From: Chara braunii
Lineage: Eukaryota > Plantae > Charophyceae
DNA: 62,243 nt
Assembly: GCA_003427395.1 (NCBI GenBank)
Contig: BFEA01000031.1
Location: 2,836,689-2,898,931, forward strand
Direction: 5' to 3'
The notes under the pieces are model-generated. The model ran no database searches, had not been told where the DNA came from, and saw only the letters and a list, made by a program, of their open reading frames with translations. This document shows, piece by piece, positions 22,626 to 35,112 of this stretch; position 1 is the stretch's first letter, and each line of letters starts with the position of its first letter. The position numbers and the translations under genes were made by a program.

Positions 22626-25612
22626 GGGCCGAGTCCCACTAGCATCGCGTAGTTGTAGGTAGGGACGCGGTGCGGCACGTAAGCTCAGGGGGAAACGTTT
22701 GTGCGATGCACAGAAGCGGTAGACCACTGTGCATCTGAAGGCTTCTGTGAAACCGCGCCAGAAAGAACATAGACGCGCCAAAACTAACCAGATGATGCCG
22801 TCAACAAGAAAACGAGCTGCTCCTTAACACTGGTAATGCAGACGCAATTCCGTTCCCGTCATTCTCGGAGCGTGTAGTTACCTACCGCGATAGTGAAAGC
22901 GTTTGTAGCTACACGATAGATTTTTCCTCTTTTCTTTTCTTTTTCTTCTCTACTTGTCCTTCCTCTGTCAGAGCCCGTTTTCTATTGGAGCATCAGAGGT
23001 CAGTGCTCCTCTATCCTCATCACGAGATCGACCAGCAAATCTGTTTCAACAGATCCTGACTTTGAGTCCTACTGGGCTGGAGTGGCTGACCCCATGCCCG
23101 AGGGAGCGCGACTTAGCGCTGCTTGCGTGCGTGCGCCTACGATGCTGCTAGCGCTGCATGGGTGCGTGCGCCTACGATGCTGCTATGGCAGCAAGCAAGT
23201 GGCGAGGCAAAGGCGGCGTGGAAGTGGCGAGGCGCTGGCTGCTAGCAGGCGACGAGGCGCTGGCTTCCTACGCGTGGCGAGGCGCTGGTCACAAGCGAGT
23301 AGCGGGGCGCTGGATTTTCACATGTAGCGAGGCGCTGGTGGCTTGCACGCGGCGGGTTGCTGGCTGCTTGTGGAAGATGCGAGCGCTGATGTGGCATGAG
23401 CACCCAAAAGCTGCGTGAGTGGTATACGGCAGAAGTGGTGAAGTGGTCAGAGTGAGCGCTTAATGCATGCACGGAAACCAGAGGCACTAGGCCAAGCCAC
23501 GCCACGGGCTGACGAGGCATCTGGTCTAAGTTACAGTGGCGAGGGGAGAGTAGTGGCGGTGGCGGCTGCTCGAATATTCTCTCTGTGACTTCCACACGAA
23601 GTACTCCACAGCTAACACCCCTTTAGGAGGCTGTAATGCTCAAGCGAGTTGGTGCAATGCCAATGTCGGTGGAAGAAAGTGGAGTTCGCCCCATGGAGAC
23701 CGAAGTGCGTTGGACTTTGCTTATCTACGTCATCACAGCGCTGGCCCGCATTCTCAGGAGGAAGATCATCAAGGAGTCATCATCAAGGGAGCTGCTCATT
23801 TTTGTTTTTTTGATTGTTTATCTTGTGCAGGTTATCCATCAAGAGCATCAAGATCATCATCATTGTCATCTCTGCGGGGAATCATCATCCGGAGTCATTC
23901 ATACTAAAGTATATCAATTCATAATTCTTCATTACGGGTCAATGGGTCATCATCTTCACTAGTCATTATCTTCCTACTAATCACTGTCATCTTCTTTTAT
24001 TATAACAACAATGGTGTTGTCAATCTTCCACACCGGTGCCATTAGGGTATCGCAATTTCAAACGTTCCTTATTTATTTCTCGCCAATTTTATTTCATCAT
24101 CATCATCATCATCATCATTATCATCATGATCATCATCATGATCATCATGATCATCATCATTGAAGTTTCTTTATTCTTTTTTTCATCAATCAGTAGATAT
24201 CTCTTTGTTGGTGGTTATATTCTCTTCGCCCAGATTGGTTATGGTCTAGTTGGTAGGTAGGTTGGTCAGGAAGGAAGCGCTACTCCGCAGGGGTAACACA
24301 AGGTGGGAGGTGATTGCCCTCTAGGGAGTAGACACAGATGATGGGAGCTGACCTGGGCTGGGGCTGGGAGATATGTATGGGGGCACATTATATCCTGGGG
24401 GAGGCAGACTAGGTCAGAGTGTCAGATTTGAGGTACACCTTTTGGGGGAACTGGTTACTTCAAGGCAGAAAGGAATGGGGAGGATATCTCTCTCGTTGGG
24501 GCTGATAGGAACTTCATATTGATAGTGGGGTTCAGATCAGCGGAGGCCGCGAGAGGAGAAGAGGAGAACAGGAAACGAGGGGAGAGGAGGAAAGCACATG
24601 GAGGAGGGGGAGGGGTGGAGAGGAATAGTCATCAGCATCCTCATCATTATCCACCAATTTAGTGATCATCTCAGGGTACTCGTCAAATTTCATCATCGGA
24701 AAGGTTTTCTATCAGGATTCTGATATTATCAGATCCTACATTTCTAGTTGGCATTCTAGCTTAGCTAATTTCCTAATTGAGCCTTTTTGTGTAATGGCCA
24801 GGTTGAGTTGGCGCTAGAACGACGCTGGCCAGCGCTGGGGTGGGGCCCTGTAACCTGCTTTGTATAGAGGTCTGGGATTGCCGAGGGAGGAACTTCAAGG
24901 TGATCTGCTAACTTGACTAATGGCTACAGTCTGGCCGACGGTGGTCGGAGCTGGGGTAGGTAGCGCTGCGCTGTAACCGAGCCAGAATGGGGTGTGAGAC
25001 CAGGAAGAGGCCTGATTGGTGGACAACACAGGCTCAGTTGTGATTGGTTGGTTGGAATGGATACAGGAATTTAGGGATAGGATAGTATTTGAGTGCTGGG
25101 TAGACAATCATTCTGATTAGTCATCATCTATCTTTATTTCATGATCTCAATCATCCACTCTATCATCCTGAATCATCCTTAATGATCCTCAATCATCCCA
25201 AATTATCATCAATGATCATCAATGATCATCAATCATGAATGTCTTTACATTATAAGGGACGCTGGGCCCGGTTCCCAGCACGTGCTGCTCTCCCCACGAA
25301 TAGATTGAAGCAATTTAAAAAAAAAAAGAAAAAAAAAAAAAAGAGTTAAGTCCTACTGGATAACGCCAATACAATGATGCAGTGCTTCTCCCTTCACAAA
25401 AAGGAAAAAGTAAGAACTACGGCCTCCATCCGCTGGGAGAAAGGTGAGAGCCGAAGTAACAGAGCACGTTGGATCTGTCAGAATCTAATGGACACTGTGA
25501 AAGGGAGAGACTTTCCCGCCTAAACCCGTGTCACACATAGCTTTCCCTCCATTCAATCTTGTCCCACCGTTGTAGGTAACTACAACTACGCGATGCTAGT
25601 GGGACTAGGCCC
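22626..25612. mobile_element. About 3-kb non-autonomous Harbinger with nested insertions
   Basis: 33-bp TIRs gggccgagtcccactagcatcgcgtagttgtag / ctacaactacgcgatgctagtgggactaggccc; flanks CAG and CAT; contains (ATC)n and a LINE 3' end with A-tail at 25317-25341. Confidence 0.8.
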
Positions 25613-26003
25613 CATACCTTTGACAAACCGTCACTGACGCTGACGGACATAAATAGCCCGCCTATGTTCGGAAGGTCAAAATTAGCGCCGTCAGAATTCA
25701 CCTGCATATCCAAGGGCGGGCACCTGAATATCCAAAGGCGAGGTGAATCGAATGACCCAGAATAGGAACCTATTCACGACTTCGATCCAGGTGCATTCTC
25801 AGCGCGAGCCGGAGCGGGAACACGGGCGGGAGCGGGGGCGGGTTAAGTTTCACAGTCTCGCTGAAATTTGACATTCCAAGCGATGGATTCCCGCGCGTTC
25901 GCAAATGCCAAAAATGCGAACAATGATACAAGTGAAAAAAAAAAAAAAGGGCAGGATCATCTTCTTTTTTTTTTCTTGTTTTTTTTTTTCTTAAAAATCC
26001 CAG

Positions 26004-26167
26004 GGGCCAACTCCCACTCGCAGCGTTGAGCTACCTCAACGCCTGAATCTGGACGTGTTTGTGGAGACGTGCAGTTCAGGAAACTCAACACCATTTCTGC
26101 ACATCTCCCCAATAACATCCAGATTCAGGCGTTGAGGTAGCTCAACGCTGCTAGTGGGACTTGCCCC
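26004..26167. mobile_element. Harbinger MITE with CAG TSD
   Basis: Long TIRs, CAG/CAG flanks; same family as 22093-22256. Confidence 0.85.
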
Positions 26168-27548
26168 CAGGTTGCTGTAGGGGTGGGGAATACTAGACGG
26201 ATGGCAGTCACCCACAGTACTCGGCCACTTGGTTGTCCAGATGAACCCCTCTGAAGACTCCACCCACCCTTCCTCTCATCTTTTTGCCCTCTCGCACCCC
26301 ACCCAGGACCATCACCCAATGCAATCTTCGAGGGGTGACCTGACCAGACAGGGGTTGCATTTCCCTAATGACGCGTGACATCCTTACCTGTCTCTTATAC
26401 ACATCTAGATGTGTCTCACTGGGTAGGGATGTTTGGCGAGACCCGGTGAAGAGCAAACTAGAGTTGTATCCNNNNNNNNNNNNNNNNNNNNNNNNNNNNN
26501 NNNNNNNNNNNNNNNNNNNNNNNNNNNNNNNNNNNNNNNNNNNNNNNNNNNNNNNNNNNNNNNNNNNNNNNNNNNNNNNNNNNNNNNNNNNNNNNNNNNN
26601 NNNNNNNNNNNNNNNNNNNNNNNNNNNNNNNNNNNNNNNNNNNNNNNAAACGGAGGATGGCACGTCGCGCGGCGGTTGAGCGCTGCGGCCCGACACCGCC
26701 GGGTGAGGCGCTAAACCTGAGGTCACCATGCCCAGGGCGTCCCTACCACCCGCGACGGCCATAGCTGTGTTTTACGGCTATGGAGTTTGTCTGACGCGAC
26801 TGACATCTGCGTCGGGAGCGGGGGCGGTGTGCCATCTATACGCTATTTGTAACCAAGTACACCCTATTTGCAACCAGGATCGGTGGGTCTGTGTCGGCGC
26901 GTCTGGTCTTCAGGTTTGGAGCATTATGATGGACATCTACATCTGCTGTGTTTGCTGCCTCTGGCCCTCTGCCGTGCGAGAGCTTCTCATCGATTGGCCA
27001 GGGGAGCGAGATTGGCCAGGGGAGCGAGTTTGTCGGAGTATGACGAAGGCTCTGCCCGCGGCTGAGTTCCCGTACGTCAGACTGTGATGGGCATTCGTAT
27101 CAGGCTTTTGGCTGCTGACAGGCAGGAGAATCTGATTGCTATGTTTTACCGTGTGCCGTGTTAGGCCAACTGCTGCTTCTCTTCGCTGGATATCGCCACT
27201 TTAGGCGAATACTCCAAAGTGTTTAATTAGTTCTTTTGGTTTTGGTTTCTGTTCCTTCTCACCTCAGTTACATGGTTGTGGCTTGACACAGCACGTTGGG
27301 CTTGTTCTCACCGGTCAGACAATGGTAACTGTGGTAACCCTAATTAGGAATTGTGTGGTGCATTATGATTTGGAATTGATCGCAACCCTAATTAGGAATT
27401 CCATTGTGGTATCCTTGTTGGGATATGATTTTTTTTGTGGTAACTTTGGCAACCCTAATTAGGAATTTCGTAGGGCATTACGACTTAGGAATTATTTGAA
27501 ACCCTAATTAGGATTAGTTTTGTGCCTTTGTTTTGGTGTTCTTTAGGG

Positions 27549-27586
27549 CTGTCTCTTATACACATCTAGATGTGTATAAGAGACAG
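27549..27586. other. Nextera mate-pair junction adapter (assembly artefact)
   Basis: Exact CTGTCTCTTATACACATCT+AGATGTGTATAAGAGACAG; also at 48043-48080 and partially at 26388-26414. Confidence 0.97.
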
Positions 27587-28175
27587 GTCCCAGTCCTACT
27601 CACCTTCTCTCCATCCGATTTGCAGCACAAAAAGAACACAGTCTATGACTTTACTTCGCTCGATCCTGTTAAGAATCGAGCGAAGTATCGCGTTTTCCCA
27701 CTTCTGCCACAGCCTCCNNNNNNNNNNNNNNNNNNNNNNNNNNNNNNNNNNNNNNNNNNNNNNNNNNNNNNNNNNNNNNNNNNNNNNNNNNNNNNNNNNN
27801 NNNNNNNNNNNNNNNNNNNNNNNNNNNNNNNNNNNNNNNNNNNNNNNNNNNNNNNNNNNNNNNNNNNNNNNNNNNNNNNNNNNNNNNNNNNNNNNNNNNN
27901 NNNNNNNNNNNNNNNNNNNNNNNNNNNNNNNNNNNNNNNNNNNNNNNNNNNNNNNNNNNNNNNNNNNNNNNNNNNNNNNNNNNNNNNNNNNNNNNNNNNN
28001 NNNNNNNNNNNNNNNNNNNNNNNNNNNNNNNNNNNNNNNNNNNNNNNNNNNNNNNNNNNNNNNNNNNNNNNNNNNNNTAAAAAAAAAAAAAAAAAAAAAA
28101 AAACTAATGTCCCGAATATTTATTTCTCTATTTTGTTTGTGCGTTCCTAGACGCCTTGCAACGCACGCACGCAAG

Positions 28176-28277
28176 GTCCTCCAGACATCCGTTCGGGTCG
28201 GAATGATAGGCAGCAAGATTAGCTCGGCCACTGCGCAAGGATCGCATGCATAGAATCTGATGTCGAAATAATGATCC
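28176..28277 (+). pseudogene. U6: Highly diverged U6 snRNA copy
   Basis: gtcct..gacatccgtt..ggaatgata..aagattagctcggccactgcgcaaggat..tcgaaataatgatcc is colinear with U6. Confidence 0.7.
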
Positions 28278-28417
28278 CGCCCGTTTGCACTCCTGCCATA
28301 ATGTGTGCCATTCGTGGCATTTTCGTCATTTGCAAACATGCGCGGGACAGCGGCACACATAAATCAAGAGAGTAGAAGGGAGGGGGGAGGGGGGCGGGGG
28401 GGGACGGTGGGGAAACA

Positions 28418-28462
28418 CTTGCGCGGGACCATGCTAATCATCTTCTCCGTGTCATTCCAATT
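28418..28462 (-). pseudogene. U6: U6 snRNA fragment with a 3-bp duplication
   Basis: Minus strand reads AATTGGAATGACACGGAGAAGAT-GAT-TAGCATGGTCCCGCGCAAG. Confidence 0.7.
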
Positions 28463-28500
28463 AGAAGGTGGCTTCGTCATTTCCAAGGTTTTCCTTCTTT

Positions 28501-28597
28501 GGGACAGATCCCACTAGCCCCTATTGTTCATTTCTGACCGTTGATCTTCGTAAGCGAGGGTGGAAAATGAACAATCCAGGGTAGTGGGATCTGACTC
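28501..28597. mobile_element. Harbinger-type MITE (family of 7152-7248)
   Basis: Nearly identical to 7152-7248. Confidence 0.75.
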
Positions 28598-28732
28598 TTC
28601 GTCTTTTGTGAAATTTCCAAGGTTTCTGAGGTGAGCGCATTTTTGGTATACGGGAGATTTTCAGTTGAGAGGGGAACACACACCCATGTCAGTCTTGTTT
28701 TCTGAACCAGATTGCATCTTTTTTTTTTTTTT

Positions 28733-28800
28733 AAATCTAGAACTCATGACCTCTCCGTTAACAGTCACACGTGTGTACCATTCAGCCAGCTGGGCTGGGT
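28733..28800 (-). pseudogene. tRNA-derived (Asn-like, GTT) pseudogene or SINE head followed by an A-tail
   Basis: Minus strand reads tggctgaatggta..gactgttaacggagaggtcatgagttctaga, then an A-tract. Confidence 0.45.
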
Positions 28801-28816
28801 CCAGGTCAGTCTTTTC

Positions 28817-28901
28817 GATTTATGCGTGTCATCCTTGCGCAGGGGCCATGCTAATCTTCCTTCTCTGTATCGTTCCAATTTTAATGGATGTCCCGAAGGA
28901 C
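28817..28901 (-). pseudogene. U6: U6 snRNA retrocopy, 3'-truncated, 15-bp TSD, GAAG duplication
   Basis: Near-identical to plant U6 from +1; TSD caggtcagt(c/a)ttttc at 28802-28816 and 28902-28916. Confidence 0.92.
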
Positions 28902-29261
28902 CAGGTCAGTATTTTCAACCACAGCAGTTCCTTGGTTCTATTTTTAGGGCCACCCTCTTTCTTGCTCTATTTTTGGGGCCTGCCCACACAGGAATCTGGT
29001 AGAATCTGCTGCCGACAGCGGAATGAAGGCAGCCAATCGTCACTCGCCCTCGCCAGCTGTGAGAAATGGAGAGTGTATCTTTATGTAAAAGACAGTTCAG
29101 TACAGTCGCTATTTTCATAACTTGGTGGAACCACGTCCCCAGTTGGGGGAAAGTTGTATCTCACAGAAAAACTACCCCTTTGGGTATCACAGAGCTTACC
29201 AGGTCAGCATTCTGGGCAGGGAAACCACCGAGTCCAGCTGGATTCTGTAGTTGAAGGTTTT

Positions 29262-29804
29262 TTTTTTAGGGCTAAGCCCAACCAATTCAAACACCTGTCG
29301 AATCTGGACAGGACAGCCTTTCAGGCCTTTTTTATTATCATTATAGTATTACGGGGAACCGTAGCAGCCACATTCGTGCTCAAGCCTCCAATAGGGAAAC
29401 ATGCTGGAGCTGCACCCACCAGCAGGTGCGATACCTGCTACAGCAGGTGGGCGATACCAGCCAGGGGTCAGCCGGTGGCATCAGGACCGAGCTTCTTCGA
29501 TGGGCCAGTCACTGTGCCTCCCCTCCGGTCCCCTTTCCCTCTGAAAATCACCAGTCTCTGCTCAATGCCACTTGGGGGGACAGGACCGAGCTTCCTAGAT
29601 GGGCCAGTCACTGTGCCTCCCCTCCGGTCTCCTTCCCCTCTGAACATCAGCTCTGCTCAATGCCACTTGGGGGGACCAATGGCATATCTCTAGGTGGCGA
29701 GCATCAAACTTGCCCAGGAAGGTACATGAGGCCAATGGGGATTGAACCTTAGACCTCCTGAATGCCACTTGCGTGCCTTACCAACTGAGATAGGCTGCTG
29801 GATT
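29262..29804 (-). mobile_element. tRNA-derived SINE
   Basis: A/B-box-like head at 29730-29800; 12-bp TSD gttgaaggtttt; internal duplication of about 100 bp; homologous to 44914-45335. Confidence 0.8.
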
Positions 29805-31313
29805 GTTGAAGGTTTTATCTTTCACCCCTCTTCTTTCTTATATATAATAATAATGGGGCGGATGGGTCTGAGGGCCTCGCCACACTACTCCCGAATTTGG
29901 AAGTTTCTCAGGAGTATTCCCGGGATCGAAACCCCACCTGAGAGTGCCTTTCGCCACACTACAGTCCCTCCTTTTTTTATATATTTAAAAGGTCATTCCA
30001 TTATATGCCGGAAAGCGGGTCAGCCGTCCCTCACATATAACCGCAGCCATGTAGGGCTGGGAAAAGCACTCCGGACCAATTCCATCCCTGACCGCAGCCA
30101 AAAACTCTCAAACACTAACTACTCATCCCCAACCGCCGCCGACAAATTCATTTGTTCAAACCCTAACTGCTTGCCACAACCAACCCAGAAATCCTCAAGC
30201 CATACTACCGCAGTTTTTACTAATACTAAAACATGCCCAAAATCAAATCCTATCAGAGCGCAAAACCAAACTTCTAAAGGGCAACTCCTTCTCATCTCCA
30301 AATTCTACTAGTTATCCTACCCATGTGTCTCAAAAAAACGAATAACAAAAATCANNNNNNNNNNNNNNNNNNNNNNNNNNNNNNNNNNNNNNNNNNNNNN
30401 NNNNNNNNNNNNNNNNNNNNNNNNNNNNNNNNNNNNNNNNNNNNNNNNNNNNNNNNNNNNNNNNNNNNNNNNNNNNNNNNNNNNNNNNNNNNNNNNNNNN
30501 NNNNNNNNNNNNNNNNNNNNNNNNNNNNNNNNNNNNNNNNNNNNNNNNNNNNNNNNNNNNNNNNNNNNNNNNNNNNNNNNNNNNNNNNNNNNNNNNNNNN
30601 NNNNNNNNNNNNNNNNNNNNNNNNNNNNNNNNNNNNNNNNNNNNNNNNNNNNNNNNNNNNNNNNNNNNNNNNNNNNNNNNNNNNNNNNNNNNNNNNNNNN
30701 NNNNNNNNNNNNNNNNNNNNNNNNNNNNNNNNNNNNNNNNNNNNNNNNNNNNNNNNNNNNNNNNNNNNNNNNNNNNNNNNNNNNNNNNNNNNNNNNNNNN
30801 NNNNNNNNNNNNNNNNNNNNNNNNNNNNNNNNNNNNNNNNNNNNNNNNNNNNNNNNNNNNNNNNNNNNNNNNNNNNNNNNNNNNNNNNNNNNNNNNNNNN
30901 NNNNNNNNNNNNNNNNNNNNNNNNNNNNNNNNNNNNNNNNNNNNNNNNNNNNNNNNNNNNNNNNNNNNNNNNNNNNNNNNNNNNNNNNNNNNNNNNNNNN
31001 NNNNNNNNNNNNNNNNNNNNNNNNNNNNNNNNNNNNNNNNNNNNNNNNNNNNNNNNNNNNNNNNNNNNNNNNNNNNNNNNNNNNNNNNNNNNNNNNNNNN
31101 NNNNNNNNNNNNNNNNNNNNNNNNNNNNNNNNNNNNNNNNNNNNNNNNNNNNNNNNNNNNNNNNNNNNNNNNNNNNNNNNNNNNNNNNNNNNNNNNNNNN
31201 NNNNNNNNNNNNNNNNNNNNNNNNNNNNNNNNNNNNNNNNNNNNNNNNNNNNNNNNNNNNNNNNNNNNNNNNNNNNNNNNNNNNNNNNNNNNNNNNNNNN
31301 NNNNNNNNNNNNN

Positions 31314-31978
31314 NGGGGGGGGGCGCTCTTCACCGTGGACCTGGCGCCAGATGTCTACAGCTACTCACTAGCTCCTCCCTCCCCCACCCGTCCCATTGGA
31401 AACGTCCTCAGTCTCGCCCGTACCAATCCAGACCAACCAAACAATTTGAAGGGGGGGGGAAGGGGTCCGGGAAGTCTTCAGTAGGTCGCATGGGGATTGC
31501 TGTGTCAATCTTAGTCCATTCATGAAAAACTAGTCTGTAGTCCTTTACTAGTTCCCTCCTCTCTTGCCCTTCCCCGAGGTCCTTTTGGCCGCCTTTCCAT
31601 TCAACTTCCCCAATTTTCCCCCCGTTTTCCCCTCCAAGCCAGCTCAGGCTAAAATCCTTGATTCTTTGTTGGATGTCTTTTGGCGAATGTAGTGGATGGA
31701 TCTGCACCCTAACTTTCTCCCATTTTGCAGAGATTTCAGTTTGTATCTGTTGTTGTATGCTTTCTGTGAACTCTGGGCCCTCCAGTCGTGCTCTTTCCAT
31801 TTCATATGTACAGCGCCGTCGCCAGAGGGCCCAGAGCACCGCCCTGCGGCCCAGTTTGAGCATATTGCAGGTGAAGTCGTCAAGTTGGTCGTAGGGGTAG
31901 GCTTCACATAGCAAGGTTTTCCAATCCCATGGCCACTGGATCTGGGTTTCTAATTGCCCCCAGATTCTATCCAACCAT
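31314..31978 (-). mobile_element. L1/Tx1 LINE 3' end
   Basis: LGRRAVLWALWRRRC..DFPDPFPP; homologous to 35110-36035. Confidence 0.75.
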
Positions 31979-32060
31979 CTCCACATGGTGGGATAGAATC
32001 TGGGGGCAATTAGAAACCCAGATCCAGTGGCCATGGGATTGGAAAACCTTGCTATGTGAA
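31903..32060. repeat. Near-perfect inverted repeat (76-bp arms, 6-nt loop)
   Basis: 31903-31978 against 31985-32060, one mismatch. Confidence 0.95.
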
Positions 32061-34099
32061 CTATAGACAACAGTGTTGCGAAGAGAAAAGAAAACAAAAT
32101 AAAGAAAAACCTATAGTAGAACAGACTAAAGACAGTCACACCATTACCCATCAGATTCTGCAATTTCCATTGCCAATCAGATTTGAAGAATCGTGACCAC
32201 CGATCCAGCCGGAGAACAACGCAAGAAGTCAGCAGCCTCATCAATATCTGCTGGGGTTCGCCAATAAGCACCCATCATCAGCCTGCGACTGTATTACTTT
32301 GCGATGCCTCCAAAGGGCAGCAGCAGCCATCGTGCAGCAAGAAGCTGGCAAACTCAGCATCACCAATCACCAGCCATGGCTCATTAGAAACGCGAACAGA
32401 AAACCCGACAGTGCAGAAGAGAGCTGTCAACATCAATATCACCAGCCACATGTCCAATCAGCATTAGGAAATGAGAATAGGTTTCGTATCTGTAACCAGG
32501 GGGCAACGCCCCTGATCAGGTTGCAATTCTGATACAAACGGCGCGCAGATCCTGCCCTTCGACCGCTCTCACAGCTTCCTCCATCCAATCACGGTCATCC
32601 AGGATTACCAACCGAGGTCAGCCAAGACTAGGCTATGGCGGAGGCACGGTAGCACCTGCTCGAAGCGACTTCCCCTTCGGCACCCATGCGCCCTGAAATC
32701 CCCTCCGCTCCCGCCACCCCCAACAACAAGCTCTGGCACGGCACAGCCATGCTCATGGTTGCACCAACGCAATCCCCCGTTGCCCACGCGCCGTAAGGGA
32801 CGCGTTACTGCAGCGCTAACGCAACAATGCTTTGTATTTACGTCCGCCACACTACACTCTCGACCAGGCCGCGCTCCAATTCTGAAAATGTCAGTTGCCA
32901 CATGTGGACACGATCGGTGTGAAGCAGTCTGGCAGAAGTCCGTTTGTCCCTTCCAGCTCCACTCTCGAAACTGGGATGAAACTCAAACGAGCGAAGGAGG
33001 TCTCTCGAAAAGGCAGCTCTGCAGGCGGTGAGTTCGGGAGCGCTCTCAGGGAACCCCATTCTGAAAGCTCTCGAATTCAACCAGACAGATCAAATTCGGG
33101 AGCTGGTGCGGCGAGGTTGCACTCCCGAAAACACCACTTTCGGGAATAGTGGGACACGGCTCTGATTCGTTCGGGCGCCAAAACATGACGTTCTGCAATT
33201 TTATTTTATTTTTTGGGAAAGTGTTATGCTTTGTATTGTTTCAGAAATGGAAGATGAGGCTTGGGACCTCGCAATTCAACCCGGAAGAAATTTTACTGGG
33301 GCCATTACCCAGCTTCAACGGATTGCTGGAAACCGGGTCAGCGTCCCCAATAGCCATCTCTTCCCAAGTACTTTCCAAAAACGTCGTGAAGCACCAGAGC
33401 TTAAAGCTAGCTCTCTCAAGGGGAGTGCAGTCAACAACAACAAGCTATTCGTGAAAAGTGGACCAGGCAAAAAGTCCGGTTTGCAAAAGCCGACATGTTT
33501 TATATGAAAAAACTATATATCGGAAAATGCAATGTGACCCAAGGCTCATATGTCCCCAGAACTGTACGGAAAACCTATTTTTAGCGAAAGGGAAAAACAA
33601 GCCAAAATTTCCCAAAAATTAAAAAAAAAAAAGAAGAAGTTTTTATAGACATTTTGAAGATAGCCACTCAACGACCTGCGTTCGAATCCAGATGAAAGTC
33701 TTTCATTACTGAAAAAAGTAGAAAAATGAAGAAACCACCAGTACACTTGCACCTAAAATCCCGAACCTACCTGCCCACTGCGCGCCACTATTTCCCAAGC
33801 CTTCTGCGTGAGGGTACCTGCAGTTGGAATTTCGGAAGTGGCACTGGTGCTGGCGGTCTGCCTGAAGGGGAAAAAAAAAAAAAAGAAAAGAAAAGAAAAA
33901 AAAAAACATGCCAGAGAGCAATGGTGAAAGGAAGTCATGGAGGCGATACCCAAATGATCACTTTCCTAAATGCATCTGACCACTATTACGGGGAGAGGGA
34001 AACGTTGCTGTTTTTCCTTTTTTTCTCATTTTGTTTTTTCCTTCCTGGCCCTGCCAACAAGGCAACGCATATTCCTCTTCCTCAAAACGCCCTGGCTGA

Positions 34100-34440
34100 G
34101 GGCATACTCACACTAGCGACGTTGAAATGCATCCAACCACTTTCACGGCCAAAGCGTTGTTGGCTTTTTTTTCTTTTTTTCTTTTTTTCTTTTTTTCTTT
34201 TTTTGAGAGTCCGACGGTCCTGCTCCCCATGTTCTACGTTCTGCTGAAGTGCCCTCACTGAGGGCAAAATCGCACTAGTACCAAAGTGTATCCAACTGCA
34301 ATCACGGCCAAAGCTTGTTTTGTTATTTGGGACGTACGAATTTGAGATGGGCCCAAAAATTTGAAAACCTTCTGACGCTCCGACCCTGCCCCGAGCCCGC
34401 CTTTTACTTCTTGTGGCGACAAGTTATTTTGCTGCAAGGC
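34100..34440. mobile_element. Two tandem degenerate Harbinger MITE units
   Basis: tga-gggcatactcacactag at 34100; related unit from 34262. Confidence 0.55.
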
Positions 34441-34443
34441 TGA

Positions 34444-34876
34444 GGGCACGCTCACACTGCGGTAGCAAATCCGTATAAATTGTGAAAATGGGTTGGGCCG
34501 AATTGGGGTATTTGGGACGTTTCAGGTCACACTGCGTTCACACCATGTTCCCATTTCGCTAAAGACACGGTCGCTACCGTGCCATCAGGGTGCTGCTGTT
34601 TGGGGTTTCCAGTCACACAGAAGTAACCCCAAATATAGAACGTACATGTTCCCTTTTCAACTTTGCATTCATTTACGAAAATTAAATAAAAAAAGAATAA
34701 GGATTTTGCGGTAACCTCTGGAGGTTACCGCAAATTCCTCAAACCCGCGGCCAGGCATGCCGCTGACAAATGGGTTTGCGAATGGGGTGTTTGGGGTCGG
34801 AACCATTGTGTGTGACCAGCCGTGTGCACATTTTTTTGGGAGTTTTACGGTTTTGGTACCCAGTGTGAGCGTGCCC
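34444..34876. mobile_element. Harbinger MITE, 433 bp
   Basis: TIRs gggcacgctcacactg / cagtgtgagcgtgccc; TGA TSD. Confidence 0.85.
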
Positions 34877-35077
34877 TGAGGACGTATACTGGTGGTTTAA
34901 AAAGCGCGATTGTCATATATCCTAAATTTTCAGCGCCAGTGCCGCCCTTTCCCATGTTCCCTCCATTGCGCTGCTTTCCCCCCCTTCAACCCTTACCCGC
35001 CGCCCTCTGCGAGCCCCGTTTTTGGCCCTTGTATTGGAAGACCAATTACATAATCGGTCTTCCAGGAAATCAACCCG

Positions 35078-35109
<32 letters not shown>

Positions 35110-35112
<3 letters not shown>

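Larger units (their letters stand above)
29872..33162. mobile_element. Harbinger MITE split by a nested insertion of about 2.9 kb
   Basis: TIR gggcctcgccacactactcccga; TGA TSD; the halves match 45668-46103; insertion flanked by cgccacactaca at about 29953 and 32845. Confidence 0.75.

Noticed and set aside
27549-27586. 38-bp palindrome, repeated at 48043-48080 and partly at 26388-26414, resembling Tn5 ends or a recombination site
   Set aside because: It is the exact Nextera mate-pair junction adapter, a library artefact; the flanking joins are unreliable.
33256-33272. GAG-GUCCCAAGC-CUC on the minus strand, resembling the twister ribozyme L4 loop
   Set aside because: No P1/P2 or properly placed UAA and GGG partners, and other module copies do not keep AAGC.
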